DNA of 64,000 nucleotides from Phoronis australis (taxonomy: Eukaryota; Animalia; Phoronida). A model generated the notes under the pieces. It ran no database searches, was not told the DNA's origin, and saw only the letters and a list, made by a program, of their open reading frames with translations. Shown here piece after piece: positions 38,701-53,443 of this stretch. A program made the position numbers and the translations under genes. Position 1 is the first letter of the stretch. Each line of letters begins with the position of its first letter. The DNA lies in the NCBI GenBank assembly GCA_002633005.1, contig NMRA01000956.1, forward strand, positions 25,000 through 88,999, read 5' to 3'.

Positions 38701-41501
38701 AAAAGGGTGACTTCATAGAAGCTCCCCACACATGGATCATTTTTGAACCGTGGCTCACTAAAAGGGCGGGAATATCATCTGCACCTCTCCATCAATAGAC
38801 AGTCGAGTACCCCCCGGGGCCTAAACCCCAATGCCGGACCAGCAAACACCAACCCAGCTGCGGTGCAAACTTTACACCCGCGCCTAAAATTGTCCACTTA
38901 CCCGCTTACCCGGTGACGGAACTCCATAACTGGGACCAAACTCCAGTAATGGACCTGCATAAGTAAGGGTAAGGAATTTCGTACTAGCGGAATAAATTCT
39001 GTCACCGCGTAGGCTCTGGAGCGTTCCGTGCTATTATTATATGTAGTGTTTATATGTAGCTGTACGAGGCGCACCGCCAGGACGTGGCGTTTGGTGTCCT
39101 GGGACTGGGATTTATGGAGTGTAGCTTGAATTAAAAATTGCGACCATACAATCGTTTCCACCCCATAAAGGCGACTTGAATTAGTTTGCAATAAGTAATT
39201 ATTTCCCAATAAGCTGCGGGCATACGGGATATTTAGTGCTGCATGCAAACTTTTTAAATGGACGTATCTTGCCTACAAAACGGGTCCGTCCACTAGAACT
39301 TCGGCGGCATACTGGGTATGCTTGCACGTGGCTTTCCGCAAGTAACGACATCACGGACTCAAACTGCACGACCAAAATGCATGACATGATTGGGCACACG
39401 GCTCGACAGAAGCTGAACGTTGTTAATAAGGATGCACCCTCGCTGTTACTTGTACAAATATTAAAGATAAACTTAGGTTCTACATATCTGCTACAAAGTA
39501 CAGCACGATTAATTCGACTGCTAACTGCTACTTGTTCGTGAGAGCTGCCTCAACAAAGGCAACTAACAAAGTGACTTCATATATTCCAGTTTTGATAATC
39601 TTTGAAATGAAAATATCCCATTCAAATCCTATTAATGTTTATAACTAGCAACTTTAGAAGAACCTGAAAACTTAGTCTAGAACAAGATTAAAACCTTCCA
39701 ATGTTATAATCCCCATATAGCCCAGTCACCGCTAATTCAGCCTGATACCAACAAGCGCCGTCTATCAGTTCGGAGTTCGCTCATTTCTTACAAATCCTCG
39801 AACCCTCATTCTATGCAATCCGCACGTCAGCCAGTAATAAATGCTTCATGCAATCTACATCTACATGGGAAGCAAGTGTTTGTGTCATCAATGATGGAAT
39901 CTCGGTTTCATCTCAACTCAATCTTCCCCGACGCCATTTCTGTAGTACGAGTCATCTCGATTTAATGGTTCATTACAGAAGTGTCTAAAATGCTTTTAAT
40001 TAACTGGTTATGAAACTTGCATTAAAACTTTATCGTGTCCAACTTAATAGGCTATCAATTTGTCAAACGTCTTTCTCTAATAAACGCTTAATCGCGTGTA
40101 CAATATACAACTAATATGGCTTTATGAGACCGCGGGCAATATATTAACCGTTTTAATAGCCCCGTTATTGTTTACGACTTTCCTCTAGTTCACAGTCTTA
40201 GATAGACTAAAGGCGATGAATGAGATAGCGCAGGCTACAAACTGCGTGTGCTTAAAGCATTTGGTTTTTTGGTGGCTCTTTTGAAGGAGCTTAGGTGATT
40301 CTCGGGGCGTTTCACGCTGTAAATTTGTCTCATTGGATCTTTTGGATTGTACACGGCATCTTGTTGTTTCGGAAAATCTGTTCTTATGCTGTTGGCGGTG
40401 TGGGAGTGCATGCATTTTTTACCGCGTGAACAAACTCGCGAACGACAAAACTAATTTCACTTCAATTTTGTCGATGAAAAATATATTAATTATTGTCAAG
40501 TAATTAAGAATTTTTCTCTGCTGCTCACGTTGCCAACACGCTAACAGCACCAGTGTAACAAATTTTGTCTTATCTTTCGATAAACCTCGTTAATTGAAGT
40601 CTGCAGAACTCTTTCTTTGTCTCGTCGAAGTCTCCGTCGGCAACAGGTAAGCGCTACTATACATGTACAGTTGTGCAATGCCTAGTTTTTACTTATTACT
40701 TTTCTTTCCACGTTTTGTTAATCATAGGTTTCAAATTGGTGTGGAATCATTGGAAAAATATTTTAAGTCTAATTTCAGTGAGGTAATTAAATATTTAGAC
40801 AAGTACACGAAAAATGAAATTACGATCAGTTGACAGTTAAATGAAATTAGGAGATATTATAGAATATAGTTAGGTTCAATTACAGGATCGGAAGACGGGT
40901 GTGTTTACATAGGCGCGCTCGCGCGTGTGTGTTTGTGTGTCTATCAAGTGGAAAAACAGAAACCCAAAATTCAAATAACGCTGTCTTAGTATAGTTTTAA
41001 TGTTTGTCCTTCCTCCCAATAAAGTTATTCGTGATGGTTTGTATTACTGCTAAGTCAAAGTTTAATATCTAATCGCAAGTGAATGTAATTGTGCATTTTT
41101 AGTAATAATTTTCAGTTTTATTCATGTCAACTGCGACTGTGAAGAAACTAATTTCTTTCTCTGAAAATTTTATTCAACTAACCAGAAATAAAATATTGCC
41201 ATTCTCACTCGAATGCAACATTGCAAGAAGGACTAATATCCAGTCCGTTTACAATCTAACCGAGAAGACTTTGTTTATACCGTCGCTGTCGGAAAGGTGT
41301 GTCATTTTTTCTTGTCACATCCTACTGTGGGTCCGCAGGTATCAACGTTTCGTTGGGCTATTAAGATAAGTCGCTATTAAAGGCCTATCGAACAGTCTCA
41401 GGCGTGCCTTATCGCGTTCTGATATAGCACGCAGGTGTTAGTAGGTTGTCATCCCGTCACCATATCAGGGGTGTTGGGAGATAGGGCTTAAGGACCTTGG
41501 T

Positions 41502-41597
41502 ATGTCATCAGGTATCGATTTAGGGGAATGTGAACCTTCAACAGAACTCCGAGCTGATGGTGACTGCTGGATATCCCCAGCAGTGTTGAAGATGAAG
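41502..41597 (+). CDS. Candidate first coding exon of NK7 (MSSGIDLGECEPSTELRADGDCWISPAVLKMK)
   Basis: First ATG after an in-frame TAG (41442); ends AAG|GTGAA in phase 0, matching the phase-0 acceptor tttccag|GCA at 53206. No homology support. Confidence 0.35.
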
Positions 41598-44500
41598 GTG
41601 AAATTTATAATTACTAAATTGAAAATTGTTTCCGAAAACAGGCCGTTATACATACTGTGAATAAACATGGGTATGTAAAGATACAATAGCATGCATAAAT
41701 ACTCGTTCAACGTGGTACAGTTTAGTTGTAACCGACCTATCTTCAGCCAAAACTAGAGTCACACAAAATTATTCGTAGAGGTAAGTCTCATTGAACTTAA
41801 TTTAATGCCTCGAGACCATTTTAAAAAGTATCTTCCTAATTTTATTTTCTTACTTCGTTATCTTTGCCCAGGAAGTTCAGACTCCTTTTAAAATGTTTGC
41901 CTTCTCCGCAATTCAGCTTAGAGCTATCTTTACTTTGATTCACGTCCAAACCTACAGCTCAAGTGGTCAAACACTTGAATGGGGCTACTCCACGGTTTCT
42001 TTGTTAACTGATATGTTTTTGTCAAAATGAATACACAGTTGGTATCTTTTAAGAAGATAATATAGTTTGAACATGGGAAATGAATAATCGTATTAACTGT
42101 TACTATATTTGCTTTATGAACACATGTGGATATCATGGGACTGTCGCGTCATTAATTGACACGAAAAACAAAACCTTTTAAAATTTGACCCACCGAACTA
42201 TGCACATTTTTGTATTTTATGTTTTCACAAGTTACAAACCCGCTAGAAGCATTCATGGGTTTTGCCGAAGTGGTTGCCTCTGTCAATAACATTTTGATTC
42301 GGTTCAGCTTGCGAGGATTTCCGAAGGTGATTTTATTACCTTATATTTTTCATACCGACTATACTCATTCATTCAGATTAATACGCAATCATAGAAATAC
42401 AATAGTGCCAGACAATTTCGGACTAAATTTTAGTTTGTAACATTTTATCTGTTAAACCAGTTGCCTCATGTGTATGGCCATGTGAAAAGTACATCTCTGC
42501 TGTGTCTTGAGCTGAAAAGCAACAGTACACGCTGAATAAACCAAAGGTGAGCGTAGAATAAGCTCATTTCAATGTTCAGAAAGGTACTCGTTTCAGAACC
42601 CCTTGGCACTTCATAGGAAAGCCATCTTGATTCTTGTCTAGTGCCTTCTTGTTCTTGGCGAATACCCAAATCAAAACGTTCGTTTTGAAATTATACCCAG
42701 GTAGAGTCAAAATTCACTTTGACTGTAAACACTATCTCTATTTTTGCTTTTACTCATAATTATTCATTGATGCATAATTACTCAAACGATGAGTATGTGT
42801 CGCATTTAGTCGATCATTTCGCCAGTATTTGTTAGACGTGAACACATACATGTAGACCAAGTTTTTGACATGGAGAAGGTTTGTCTAATTTGAATGAATG
42901 AAAGCATCTCCTAGCCGGAAGTCAGTTACTGTGTAAACTGGTAAATGAAACTATTTTTTATAAAACACATTGACAATTCTGGTTTCATGGAAGGGTTCAA
43001 AGTTCGCCCTATGTAATCGTCTTGTCCAGTGGTGCTGATTCTTTGTGTTACGATTTCAATGGCATAACAAAATTACATGTGTTCGCTTTTCATACCGTTT
43101 TCCTTATGCAAGTAGGACTAGTCTAATTAATCAAGAAACTAGAATCGGTAGGAACTGAACACATAAAATTTGTCGTCGACATGCAGAACAGCTTTCCTTA
43201 TGCGTTGCGTGAATGAATTGGGTTTTTAGACGAAAGAAACATAATTTGCGTCCTTGAAACGAAAAGCGTCTGCTTTACTGAGCAGCGGGACATCAGGACT
43301 CGTCGAATTACTTTCTTATCTACGTTTTATGTTTAACCTTCTTGCAGCACCCAATGCCGAAATTCACGAGTCTTGTATACACAGTTTTTCAAATTCATGT
43401 GTAAGCGCACATTTAAAGAGCATTTTATCTTAAAATTGCTTTAAGCTCAGCTTTCGCTGATATAAACTAACTTTTAATTCAGACAACTCAGCGTCGTAAT
43501 ACTGCATGGTCCCAATGGTTATGTCTGCGCTGAACTTGGGAGAACTGTCAAATCGTTGAGGCTTAATTGAGACCCCGCCTAGCGAACAAAACCGACGGTT
43601 ACGTCTCAACTCTTTCAAACCAAACTTTTAGAATAAATCGTGTGAAGTGTCCGAGCAACCCAAAAGTTATTCCTGGAAAACAAAGCAGGTTCATTTCAAT
43701 AAATGAATGTGCGTGTATTTTACATGGAAATTATTGAGAACCGTGCCGAACAAATTTACGGAAATCTCATAAAACAAAACTTCCACTGGACTTGCAATTT
43801 TCATTAACGAGAAAATTTCACAAATGAGATATGATGTGCTTTGGAAGTACTACGAGTGTTGATGGATTGCTATGAGTTACAACTTGAGTCACGTTATTCG
43901 CACACTCTGCTTTTACACCCGTCATTCCATTGATTATATTCGACACAGATCACTCACATTTGCCTACAAGATATGTATATTTAAGAGAGTTAATCTCCAT
44001 TTAGCAGTGATTCCAATCCTTCGCTGCGTCTCCCAAGGGTCCATTTAACTTCTCATAACAACGCATGATGCCTTTCCCCATGAGACCACGAGCACTTAGT
44101 CAAACTTCAGCGAAAATATTTTGCTAACTGACTGGAGATTTCGAAGCGAGGCGCCAATGAATCTTTAAACAATTGGATACGTGTTCGTCTCGCCAGTTAA
44201 AGAAATAAACTCAGTGTAGCTTGAAGTAAAGCGACCCCCGATACCGTGTCACAATAAATCTTATTACAATTGTCTCTCAATTGAGCAATCGGAATCGCGA
44301 TGTAGGCTAATATATTAGACAGTTTTAACATTGCCTCATTGCCTTGATTGTCTCTTGTGAAGCCCTGTAAGGAACATTAGACTGATGTGTTCCCGTGATT
44401 AAACTAAAAGTAATCTTGAGGCGTTAGCTAAAACAAAAAATGTGTGACAAATTTTAAAAGATTAAAATCTTTTAACTGTAAATGTGAATAGCACAAAAAT

Positions 44501-47500
44501 TAATAACAAATTAATTATTTCGTGGCCTAATTACAAGTTCGATCCGCATTTCTTACACAAATTCTTTACCTGATTGCAAAAATGTAAAGGTACAAATTAT
44601 ATAGATATTGAACACAGAAATCTTTTTGTATTAATCATATTTTGTGATTGTAGACGATGAGACAGAGCTGAATATAAGTGAATTTTCAGGCGTCAAAACA
44701 ATGACTCACAGCAACAATAATATCAATAGCCATTAGATTACAAAGATTATGACACGTGTATCCTCATCTCTGTGCTAAATCAACCATTGGTAACTATAAT
44801 ATCTTGATGGGCAATAAAGTTTTACTGATGGATGGCTTTTTCCGACAGTCTAGTTTGTCTAAAACAAATTACAGTGTAATGCGTTTTAAAATTTCCTCCC
44901 TAATTAATCAAGCGGATAATTAATACCAGGGAGTTGATTGAACGAGTGAAAACGAACTTGGAAATTTTGTTATCTTCTTTACGCTTTTGAAAGTCATTCA
45001 GTAGTTTGCTTAGTAGAGCGCGACATTGTCATTCAACTTAAAAATGTTGAATTGTTGTCTTAGCCAGTTTGTTTTGTTTCATGAATTGAAACTAGAAAAC
45101 TAGACCAGATTTTACGAGTTTTCTACAACTTTTGACATTTTCCCACCAACTCATTGAAGCCATTGCCATTTTGTTGCTGGGTTTTCATTTACGGCGGTGC
45201 TTTCGTGTTTTAAATGTATTACAAGACGCCAGTTGTCAGCTCCTCCGCATCCCGTGACGTCACAAATAACTTGGTGTCGTGCAAACAACAACATCACGTG
45301 AGTGCACCAGAATGTTGTAAGCACTGACCTACATGCTTTTTGGAGCAAGTGCCACTAGGCAACCACTAGTCCAAACTATAATAGATTTAATATAAGTCTC
45401 AAAAACATTGAAGTAAAGTAGAGATTTGAAAACTTTCTAAAGAAAAGTATCTCGAGGCACGCGCTATCGGATCGCACAGGAGGAACACCAAAAACGCAAA
45501 TTATGTCCCTATTTTGTCCGTCACGTCACCAGATGTATTGGAACCCACACTTGCCTCACGATGCATTCAGTTTGAAAAAAGACGCCGTACTCGAAAATAA
45601 AATCCCACGCATTGCTTCAGGCTTTTCTGGGGACACATTTTAATCCTTACCGTGAGTATTATTAAATAATTCAAGGACACCCCGTTGTGGTCTTTTCGCG
45701 TACCTGGATGAAAGACAAAATTTTGTCCGATTTGAATCATATATTAACCGTATTATTCGCCGCACCGTTGAGTCCAACTACTTGAAGACGCGATACATTT
45801 AGGAAGCTGCACAGTCTCAATTGAATGGGTAGATCAATTAAAATTAACCCATGTATTTTTTACTATTATATTTTATCACAATTTAATATAGTCACGCGCT
45901 ATCTGATTTCTGTTATGGTTACGTTGTGAAGAGCCAGAAGTTCTTAAAAATCGCTAAATGTAGGACGAGGTGAAGCTATGAGTTCAAACAGGCATGGAAT
46001 TCTTAGACCAATCTTACAGTGTAACTGTGCATGTTTCGCAGTATCTTAATATCAAAAGCAAAACTAAAATGCATATTTAAAATTTAAATCCATTAAAAAA
46101 TAAATATGTAGTCACGTTACTCCTGATTTTCCATGTAAATTGTATTACCGTGATCACATATGTTATAAAGTTAATCATGTATGTTAGCAACATTTCTAGA
46201 CACGTCCTTAACAAAATCTAGCACAACCATTTGGCCGTAAACTTTCGATAGGAAGAGCAGCCACCCTGAAATTGAAAGCACGTGTTAAAATATGATAGCA
46301 ACTAGAATAATTAGATTGAAGAAGAATAAATAATTGGTCCTTTTCATCCAACTTCCATCAAATGCCATGTGTGGTCCTCAACTAACGGTTGGTAGCAATT
46401 AGCCTGTAATTAGCCAAATAGCTGATCATCAAACCGACAGAAACTAATCTAAACATACAAGTCATTTGACTGTAGCAAAAGTCTGCCGAATAGTGGACTC
46501 CGTCAATTGCTTTTATGTTCGACAACTGCTCCCACGTGCATTATACGTTGCATAAAAATAGGAAACTTTCGTAAAACATTGTCAATATTAAACGTTCTTT
46601 TTATGAGACAGCATTGCCGTATTTTTGTTAATGTATACTAATGAAATAATAGGTAAAAACCAACAAAAACAGTTCCTTGCTGTGCCTCACGAATAAATAA
46701 TTCATAACTGACCAAACGTTTTTTGGACGTTTTGAGCAACAGAATTCCGTTTCACAACTAGTTGAGGCAAAACTTTCTTCGCTCTTTTGCATGCCATGTA
46801 AAATTGTTCTGTACGTCTTCTTGCATACTTCTTTAAACGCATTACGTAATTCTGATGGAAGCCATCTTATACGTGAAACGACACATTACTTCACGTATTA
46901 AATGCTAATGGCAAACGTTCTTCAGACGATTTCAGTTCACAGAGGTATACACTGCTACATATCACAGGCCATTAAACGATGGAGATGTGTACGACTGAGC
47001 GCTCTAATAATCAAGCTGGCCTTTATCTCAGTAAAGTCCACTTAATCCTATTATTTGAGTAGCTTCTGTGGGCCTCAGATCCGGCAAATATGCGGAACGA
47101 TTAAATAGATATTACATTCTTCTTGAAGGAAATAATCTGTCTTATTGCCATCTGGCAAAGAATCACTTGCAAGCATCGGGTAATAAGCAGCTTGCACAAA
47201 CTCGTAGCATACTTCAAAAATGCATTCCGTTTAATGTCATTGTTGCACAATCTCGGTGTTCTCTTATGGCATGAATAAACAAAAACTAATAGCGCAAGTT
47301 GACTTTGCATTAAACATGTGGATTTAAAGGAACTTTATCTGTTTTGTGACCGGAAACAAATTTTTGTGATTACCGGTGGACGAGATAGACTTCTTGAGCT
47401 GGACTTTAAAACTAAAAAATCGGTTGGGGTTTTGTTATTCTATTACAAATCGCCAATGCTTAACGTCGTCTGACAGACATTCATCATGGCCGGCGACTTT

Positions 47501-50500
47501 ACCAGTTGACACACTTAAATGCGCTGTCGTTTATAGAACAAAATGCGCTGTAATTTATAGAGCGGGACTGCCGTCGACTGAGCGCTTGACTGAAACCGCA
47601 TAGGTTTCGAGATTCGACACCGCGCTGAGGCTGGTATCAGAAAATAAGCTTTTTCGGCGATAACTTCCCGTTAACAGCAGAGCGGTGTCATACATCGAAG
47701 TTATCAGCAGGAGTTGCTGTCAATAACGGCACTTGTTATGGTGCTATGTGATGATTTTTTCAAATAAAATACCATTCTAACACTATAACCACTAATACTT
47801 CAAATTAAAAATACGTGCATAACGTTTCTGCCGCGCCATCTCGTGATAACATCGCTGTCAATTTAAACTACCGAAGCAGGTCTGCAAAATTGTTCGACTA
47901 GCTTCATATTTTACATTTATTAACGCTCCTCTGGTAGCGGCGTAAGTTGGAATGAAACAGCATTTAAACAGGCAGGAGACTTTTCTGGCCAAGATATGTA
48001 CATGTATTTATGAAGAGACATGCGCACTACAACTTGTGATTTATCGTCTGACGGAAATTGTGCCATCTCCATCTCGTTAAGTTCTAAATCCAACTGTCTG
48101 ATTACGATTTGGTTCCCGGGCCCTCTACGGGGGACACACGTGTTCCCCTATCACTGTCAACGAGGCGATGTTTGCCCGTGTAATCAGCTTATCATTTCTC
48201 GCCATGTAGCTTATGACTACCCTTTAGTATAGTCCACGGTCATTAATAAAACAACCACTCATTGCTCGGTCCGTGATTAGCCATATAGCGTGTTAACAAA
48301 CTGATCGGCGTTTAGTTAATAGTTTCACATCGGAAAGACACACGTATGCGAGGCGGTAATTAAGGCTAGGTAAATCTTGGCACTTTTATTACCGCTTTTA
48401 ATTAATCAGTTTTGGTTTCCGGAAAGGGACTGGTTTCGAGTGTCTTTTGCAAGGAGCCGTGGTGATTACTTTGCAAGGAAAAGCATCATTTTTCATCTCG
48501 CATCTCAACTTTTTAGTGGGGGAAAGTATTATACCTGATGCTATTAACAGTGTTGCATTGAACACTTTTGAACATTGGATGCAGAAAGAGAGTCATTGGA
48601 AAGGAATTTTGACTTAAACGTAACCTGTTAATTTAACCCTCGAAGTTTGGTATACATGTAAGTATGCTTTGTAAATATTTAGTGAAGTATGATCGTCAGT
48701 ATTTCTCTTTTTATCATTTATTATTTATTAGTTCAATTTGAAGTCACGTGGGTGAAATTAGTTTGAAAATGTTAAAGCTTTGACAGAAACTATGCTTTAT
48801 CAAGCTGTTAACATTGTGTAAGAGTCAAAACTGTAAAAAGTATTGCTCAACTGAAGTCTGTGTACAGTCATCAGGGGCCACAAAAGTTTTGAGGTTTGGC
48901 ATAGAATTTATAGATTTGACGATTTCGTTTTTTGTTTACGCGTGGCGCCAGCTCGTAGGAATGTATAAATGTTCAACGATCGGGTGATTGAGACGTGGTC
49001 ATTCAAGTGCAGTGGAATTATATCATATAAACTGAATATCAATAAAATAATGCAACTGAAAAATAAAGCGTGTTTGAATAAATTTTGAATCCTGGCTGTA
49101 CGCTGTAGTAAATTTACTAGCGTGTCATTCTCTCCTGACTTGGGCGTAAAATCGCGTCTATTTTGTATCGAAGCAAGCGTTCTAGACACTAAATTGTATC
49201 TAGACGTGTCTAAAACTGTTAAAACAATTCTATTTGTACGAATCGGACAGTTACCTAGGGGACAAGTCAGCTATTGCCGCGTACGTGCATGTATATATAA
49301 CAATGCACCAGAGCTGGCAGCTTGCTGTCCAATTTCACCAAGGATTGCACTCATAACGACGACTTATTTTACGTGCATTTTTCTCATCTACATTTTTGCT
49401 TTAGAGAAGATCACTAAACGAGAAAAGAGCAAATTAAGTGTAATGCTCTTCAATTCAAAATTCTCTGCGAATGGACAATAATTCGTTTACAGCTGAATTT
49501 TACCGCTTGGAAATAAACTCACTAACTAGCATGCATTTTTAAAATTTAACATATTTTCTCGACTTTAATTAAGAGAAAGGAATGAGGATGTTTTAGGGTA
49601 AATGTAATCGACGTTAGGAGTACACGGTCTTCATTGTTTATGTTCAAACAAAATCGGTTATTATAGTTTTTTAATGTATTATACGTCACAGATAAAACGA
49701 TTAACAGTTAACTGTGGCTCCTTTTCGCAGTAAAACCAGCCCACCACTTTTTTCACAATTAGTTTTGAGAACGATTTTAAAGTTTTACTAACTCAGCGTT
49801 CGCCCGAGGATGCTATTTTTCTTTAGTTAACTCAACCAAGCTAAAATAATGCGTATTTTCTTCAAGGGATTGGATGATTTATTCTTACCAGAGTTTCTTG
49901 AAAGGCTAATTGGCTGTGATGTTCAAAACTGGCACGCTGTTATTAATAATTCGAATGAATATCAATTTCTGGACAGTCAGTACTAAGAGAGGAACTTTTT
50001 TCATTGTAAACTTGTATTGTAAATTGTATTACGAGACCAAGGTCTACAAACACTATAGCCTACATTTCGGAATTTCTGATTTTTTTGACTTCCTTACTTC
50101 ATGGGGACGCAAGTTAAAGACTGAAATTAATCAGAAAATGGGAATCATATCTCTCGTTGTCTGAATAGAACTCGTAAATTTGCTTCATCTCCAGCGTTAC
50201 CCTGTGCCAGTGTAATGATGTTAGGACTGTTTTAGGACGTCAATACAGAAATTGAAACGGACCCAACAACTTTGGATGGTGGGAAATGCAAACTTGATCA
50301 GAATATTTTAATGCATATTATGATGAACACGTGTACACGTAACCATAAATTCAATACAAGAAACATAAGAAGACACATGTTCGATCAAGATGAGTGCATG
50401 TTCGACACAATGCGATCGTACTCTGCGTAATGGAAACGTTCATTACGTTATGTCGCACCGTCTGGGGATTGCGCTGGAAGGACATGTATCGCATTTATGT

Positions 50501-53205
50501 TTTTCTGAAAAAGAAATCCTCTAGGAGATGCATAGTTTCGCCCCGTTGTTCCCATACGTTGATTTTTCTGTCGGAAGACTTAATCAAATCTATCTCAAAG
50601 TTAAGCAGTTTAAACGGTACGGGTTTAAAAATGCCAAATTTACAGCACAATTCACAAATCATTGAAACGATAGTACTATCTGTAAAGGCCCAATTGGTAA
50701 TTTATTAAGACGTTATCTGGCTGTCGAGATTCAATTATTGTCTGCATGAGAATTTATTTTCTCTTGTTTTATCATTTACCTTGATAGCTGTTGGGGGTAA
50801 TAAATCGTGTTAATATGACACGCACTTGCTCGCCCTGTAGATAGACTGGATTGATTGCGTCGATCGATGTCTACATCTGGGTAGGTAGATAATTAAAATT
50901 TTGGTATGAACATAACCTTACGCAATGGGTGGATTTTTGAGCAAGTTATGAATACGGGAATCGCGTTAATTACATTGATATAAAACACGATTATGCAAAG
51001 GAAAGCGAAGGGCGTTGACAGGTTTTAAAATGGCAACGGACATAGTTTCTCCATGACGACAAAACTATTCCCTATACAACGCGTTGAGTTTATCGAGGGA
51101 AGCATTGGTTTTGCTACGCAAAATTATGATTCTAAATTTATAGCAGGTTTTCAGCGAATAATGAATTTCTCTGCTGCAAGGAAGTAAACAAAGAATGGAA
51201 AAAATACGTGTATAGCAAGTAAATTCAACACAGTGTCATTATGTTTCAGTTATAACTTATAAACAATTTGCATTAACATTCCGGGAAAAGCATACAATTT
51301 TCTAAGTAAATTGCGACATTTTTGGCTTGCTTTTCATTATAGCTTATAAAATATTACAACCCATGATTGAAATCTGTAGGACGGTATCCCTATTGTGGGG
51401 AATTTTTAAAATTATTGGTGAATCTGAAAGTAGAACTGTACAGTTGCTTTTGACTACAAGCGCCGGGCGCGAACAAACAGCATACCCGGTGAAAAACGTG
51501 ACCTCATAGTTAAGATTTCACAAAAAGTCAATGAAAAGCTTATGTTCACCATTTCCTTTAAAAAGCCAGTCGCATATTTGATGATAATTCTATTTAAATT
51601 TGTCTCAAAACTGTAGCCCTTGTTTTCCAATTTTAACGTTTATAGTCATTTGGATTTTATTGTTTGAATAACTGTGAAGCTAGCCAAACTGTTAGTTCTA
51701 ATAAGCGACAGTTTGTGACGCTACCCGTAGTCTATTAATGCGCTTAAAGACGTGAGGGGGACTCTTAGGCTTAATTGGCCGTATTAGTGAATCAACTTGG
51801 AAAACTGTTTGATTTTGGCGATCATTATTCAATCTTCAAACTGTTACCGAAGAGCAGGATAATTTCACATACTTTAGCGTTATCGGATGTTTAGTTTGTA
51901 AATTTTGATAGCTGTGGTGTCGAGCATTCGGACGTACTTCAAAAGCGTCGGTTTCGTTAAGCGGTTTAATACACATTCATCAAAACGTTTTTGCATACTT
52001 ATTTAATTAGTTTTGTTTTGGAAATAAATTAGAAATGGACAGATAGCTCCTGGACTAAGCGCTTACTGCTGGAGAAAATAAATCATCGCGTATTTAATGG
52101 TGCTCATTAAGAGTCGGCGTAGCATATACATGTAAACTCTTTATCCCCTTGACAGAAAATTACTGACGCATGAAATACATGTATCTGTATGGGGCTAAAG
52201 ATGAGAACTGTGAACTGTATATACAAGAAGCAAGAATTTCCTCACTGAATGTAATTAAAGCAAACTGCAAAACATAATGAATTTACAAGTCAAACGTATC
52301 AGGTTTTGAAACCCAAGGTTGAATTTGGAAACATTTACAGAAATCATTTTTACCATAATAAAATAGGCAGCTGTGAGGAATCCGTTTTCCCTCACTGTTC
52401 CGGAAGTGATATCAACGACAAGGTATAGTTGCTTCACAATAAAATTATTCTGCCAGATTGCAAACAAAATGTTTGCATATTGAATCAAGCACATACTATT
52501 TACGGTCTATCACAGGAGCAGAATGGAATTTTCGTTCAGTCGCAACAGAGAAGAACGCGTTAGTAGCGGTATAAAACATCTTCGTGTGTGGTGATCCCAG
52601 TTTGGCAGGGTGATTTCTGAAATCAGGCCCGGTTCACTGCGCATGTTCTATATGGGTCTCACAGTCAGCGTCTATAAGTATTAGAGTATTAGAGCTGACC
52701 TCTGGTTCTTTACTGTTACTGTCCCATCAAAGATGAGGCAAATCAATGCATTTGAATCAGCTGAACACAACAGGCACACTTTTACAATCCCAAATGACGT
52801 AACTGAATCATAATCCAGGTGATAATCTCGGGTTGCGTTCACCTGCCCAGTGCTGGCATCTTGAACGTTACGCAATGTTCGGAACACTTTCTCCTGGTTT
52901 GAGAAGTAACTGGATAATTATTTGTCTTAGAAAAATCCAGTTGCAGGGATTGTAAAATATAAGAGACAGGCTGAAATGTTGAAATACAAATCATATTGTA
53001 GCTCCGGTCAATATGGCGAACATTTTGAAAACATCATGGCCGCATCTTGGAGTTGTTCATCGGACTGTTAATAGGCCTATGTTCACAGAATAGTGGAGAC
53101 GTTCTTCTGTGTGTGGTGTGCTCAGAGTAATCATTTTACATGCTCCAACTGTGACAGCAGCGACATCTGTCAGTTATTTGTGACATGAGGATGTTATATT
53201 TCCAG

Positions 53206-53443
53206 GCAGCCACGTTGCTTCGAAGAGAAGTTATGAAGAGAGCGTTCTCGCAGGCTTTCACCTCTCCGCCAGCCTGGCACCCACACATCTACAAAAAGTC
53301 ACCGAAGTCGCCGACGCCATTTTTTATTCGCGACATATTAAAATTGGCATGCACTCAGGAAAGACACATATCCATTACCAAAAATAACAGACGCAGTGAC
53401 TTGACGGATGAATACAGAACGAACGATATTGCTCCCCTCGCAA
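53206..53443 (+). CDS. NK7: NK7 exon with WHPHIY and eh1 (TPFFIRDIL) motifs
   Basis: Within ORF 53185..53454; GTAAG donor at 53444, phase 1. Confidence 0.88.

Noticed and set aside
41465-41710. Ser/Pro-rich minus-strand ORF as an exon of a separate gene
   Set aside because: No partner exons found; the opposite-strand reading as an NK7 exon fits splice phase better, though neither is proven.
47655-47710. gataacttc...gaagttatc inverted pair as a pre-miRNA
   Set aside because: Only a 9 bp stem and no match to a miRNA I recognise.
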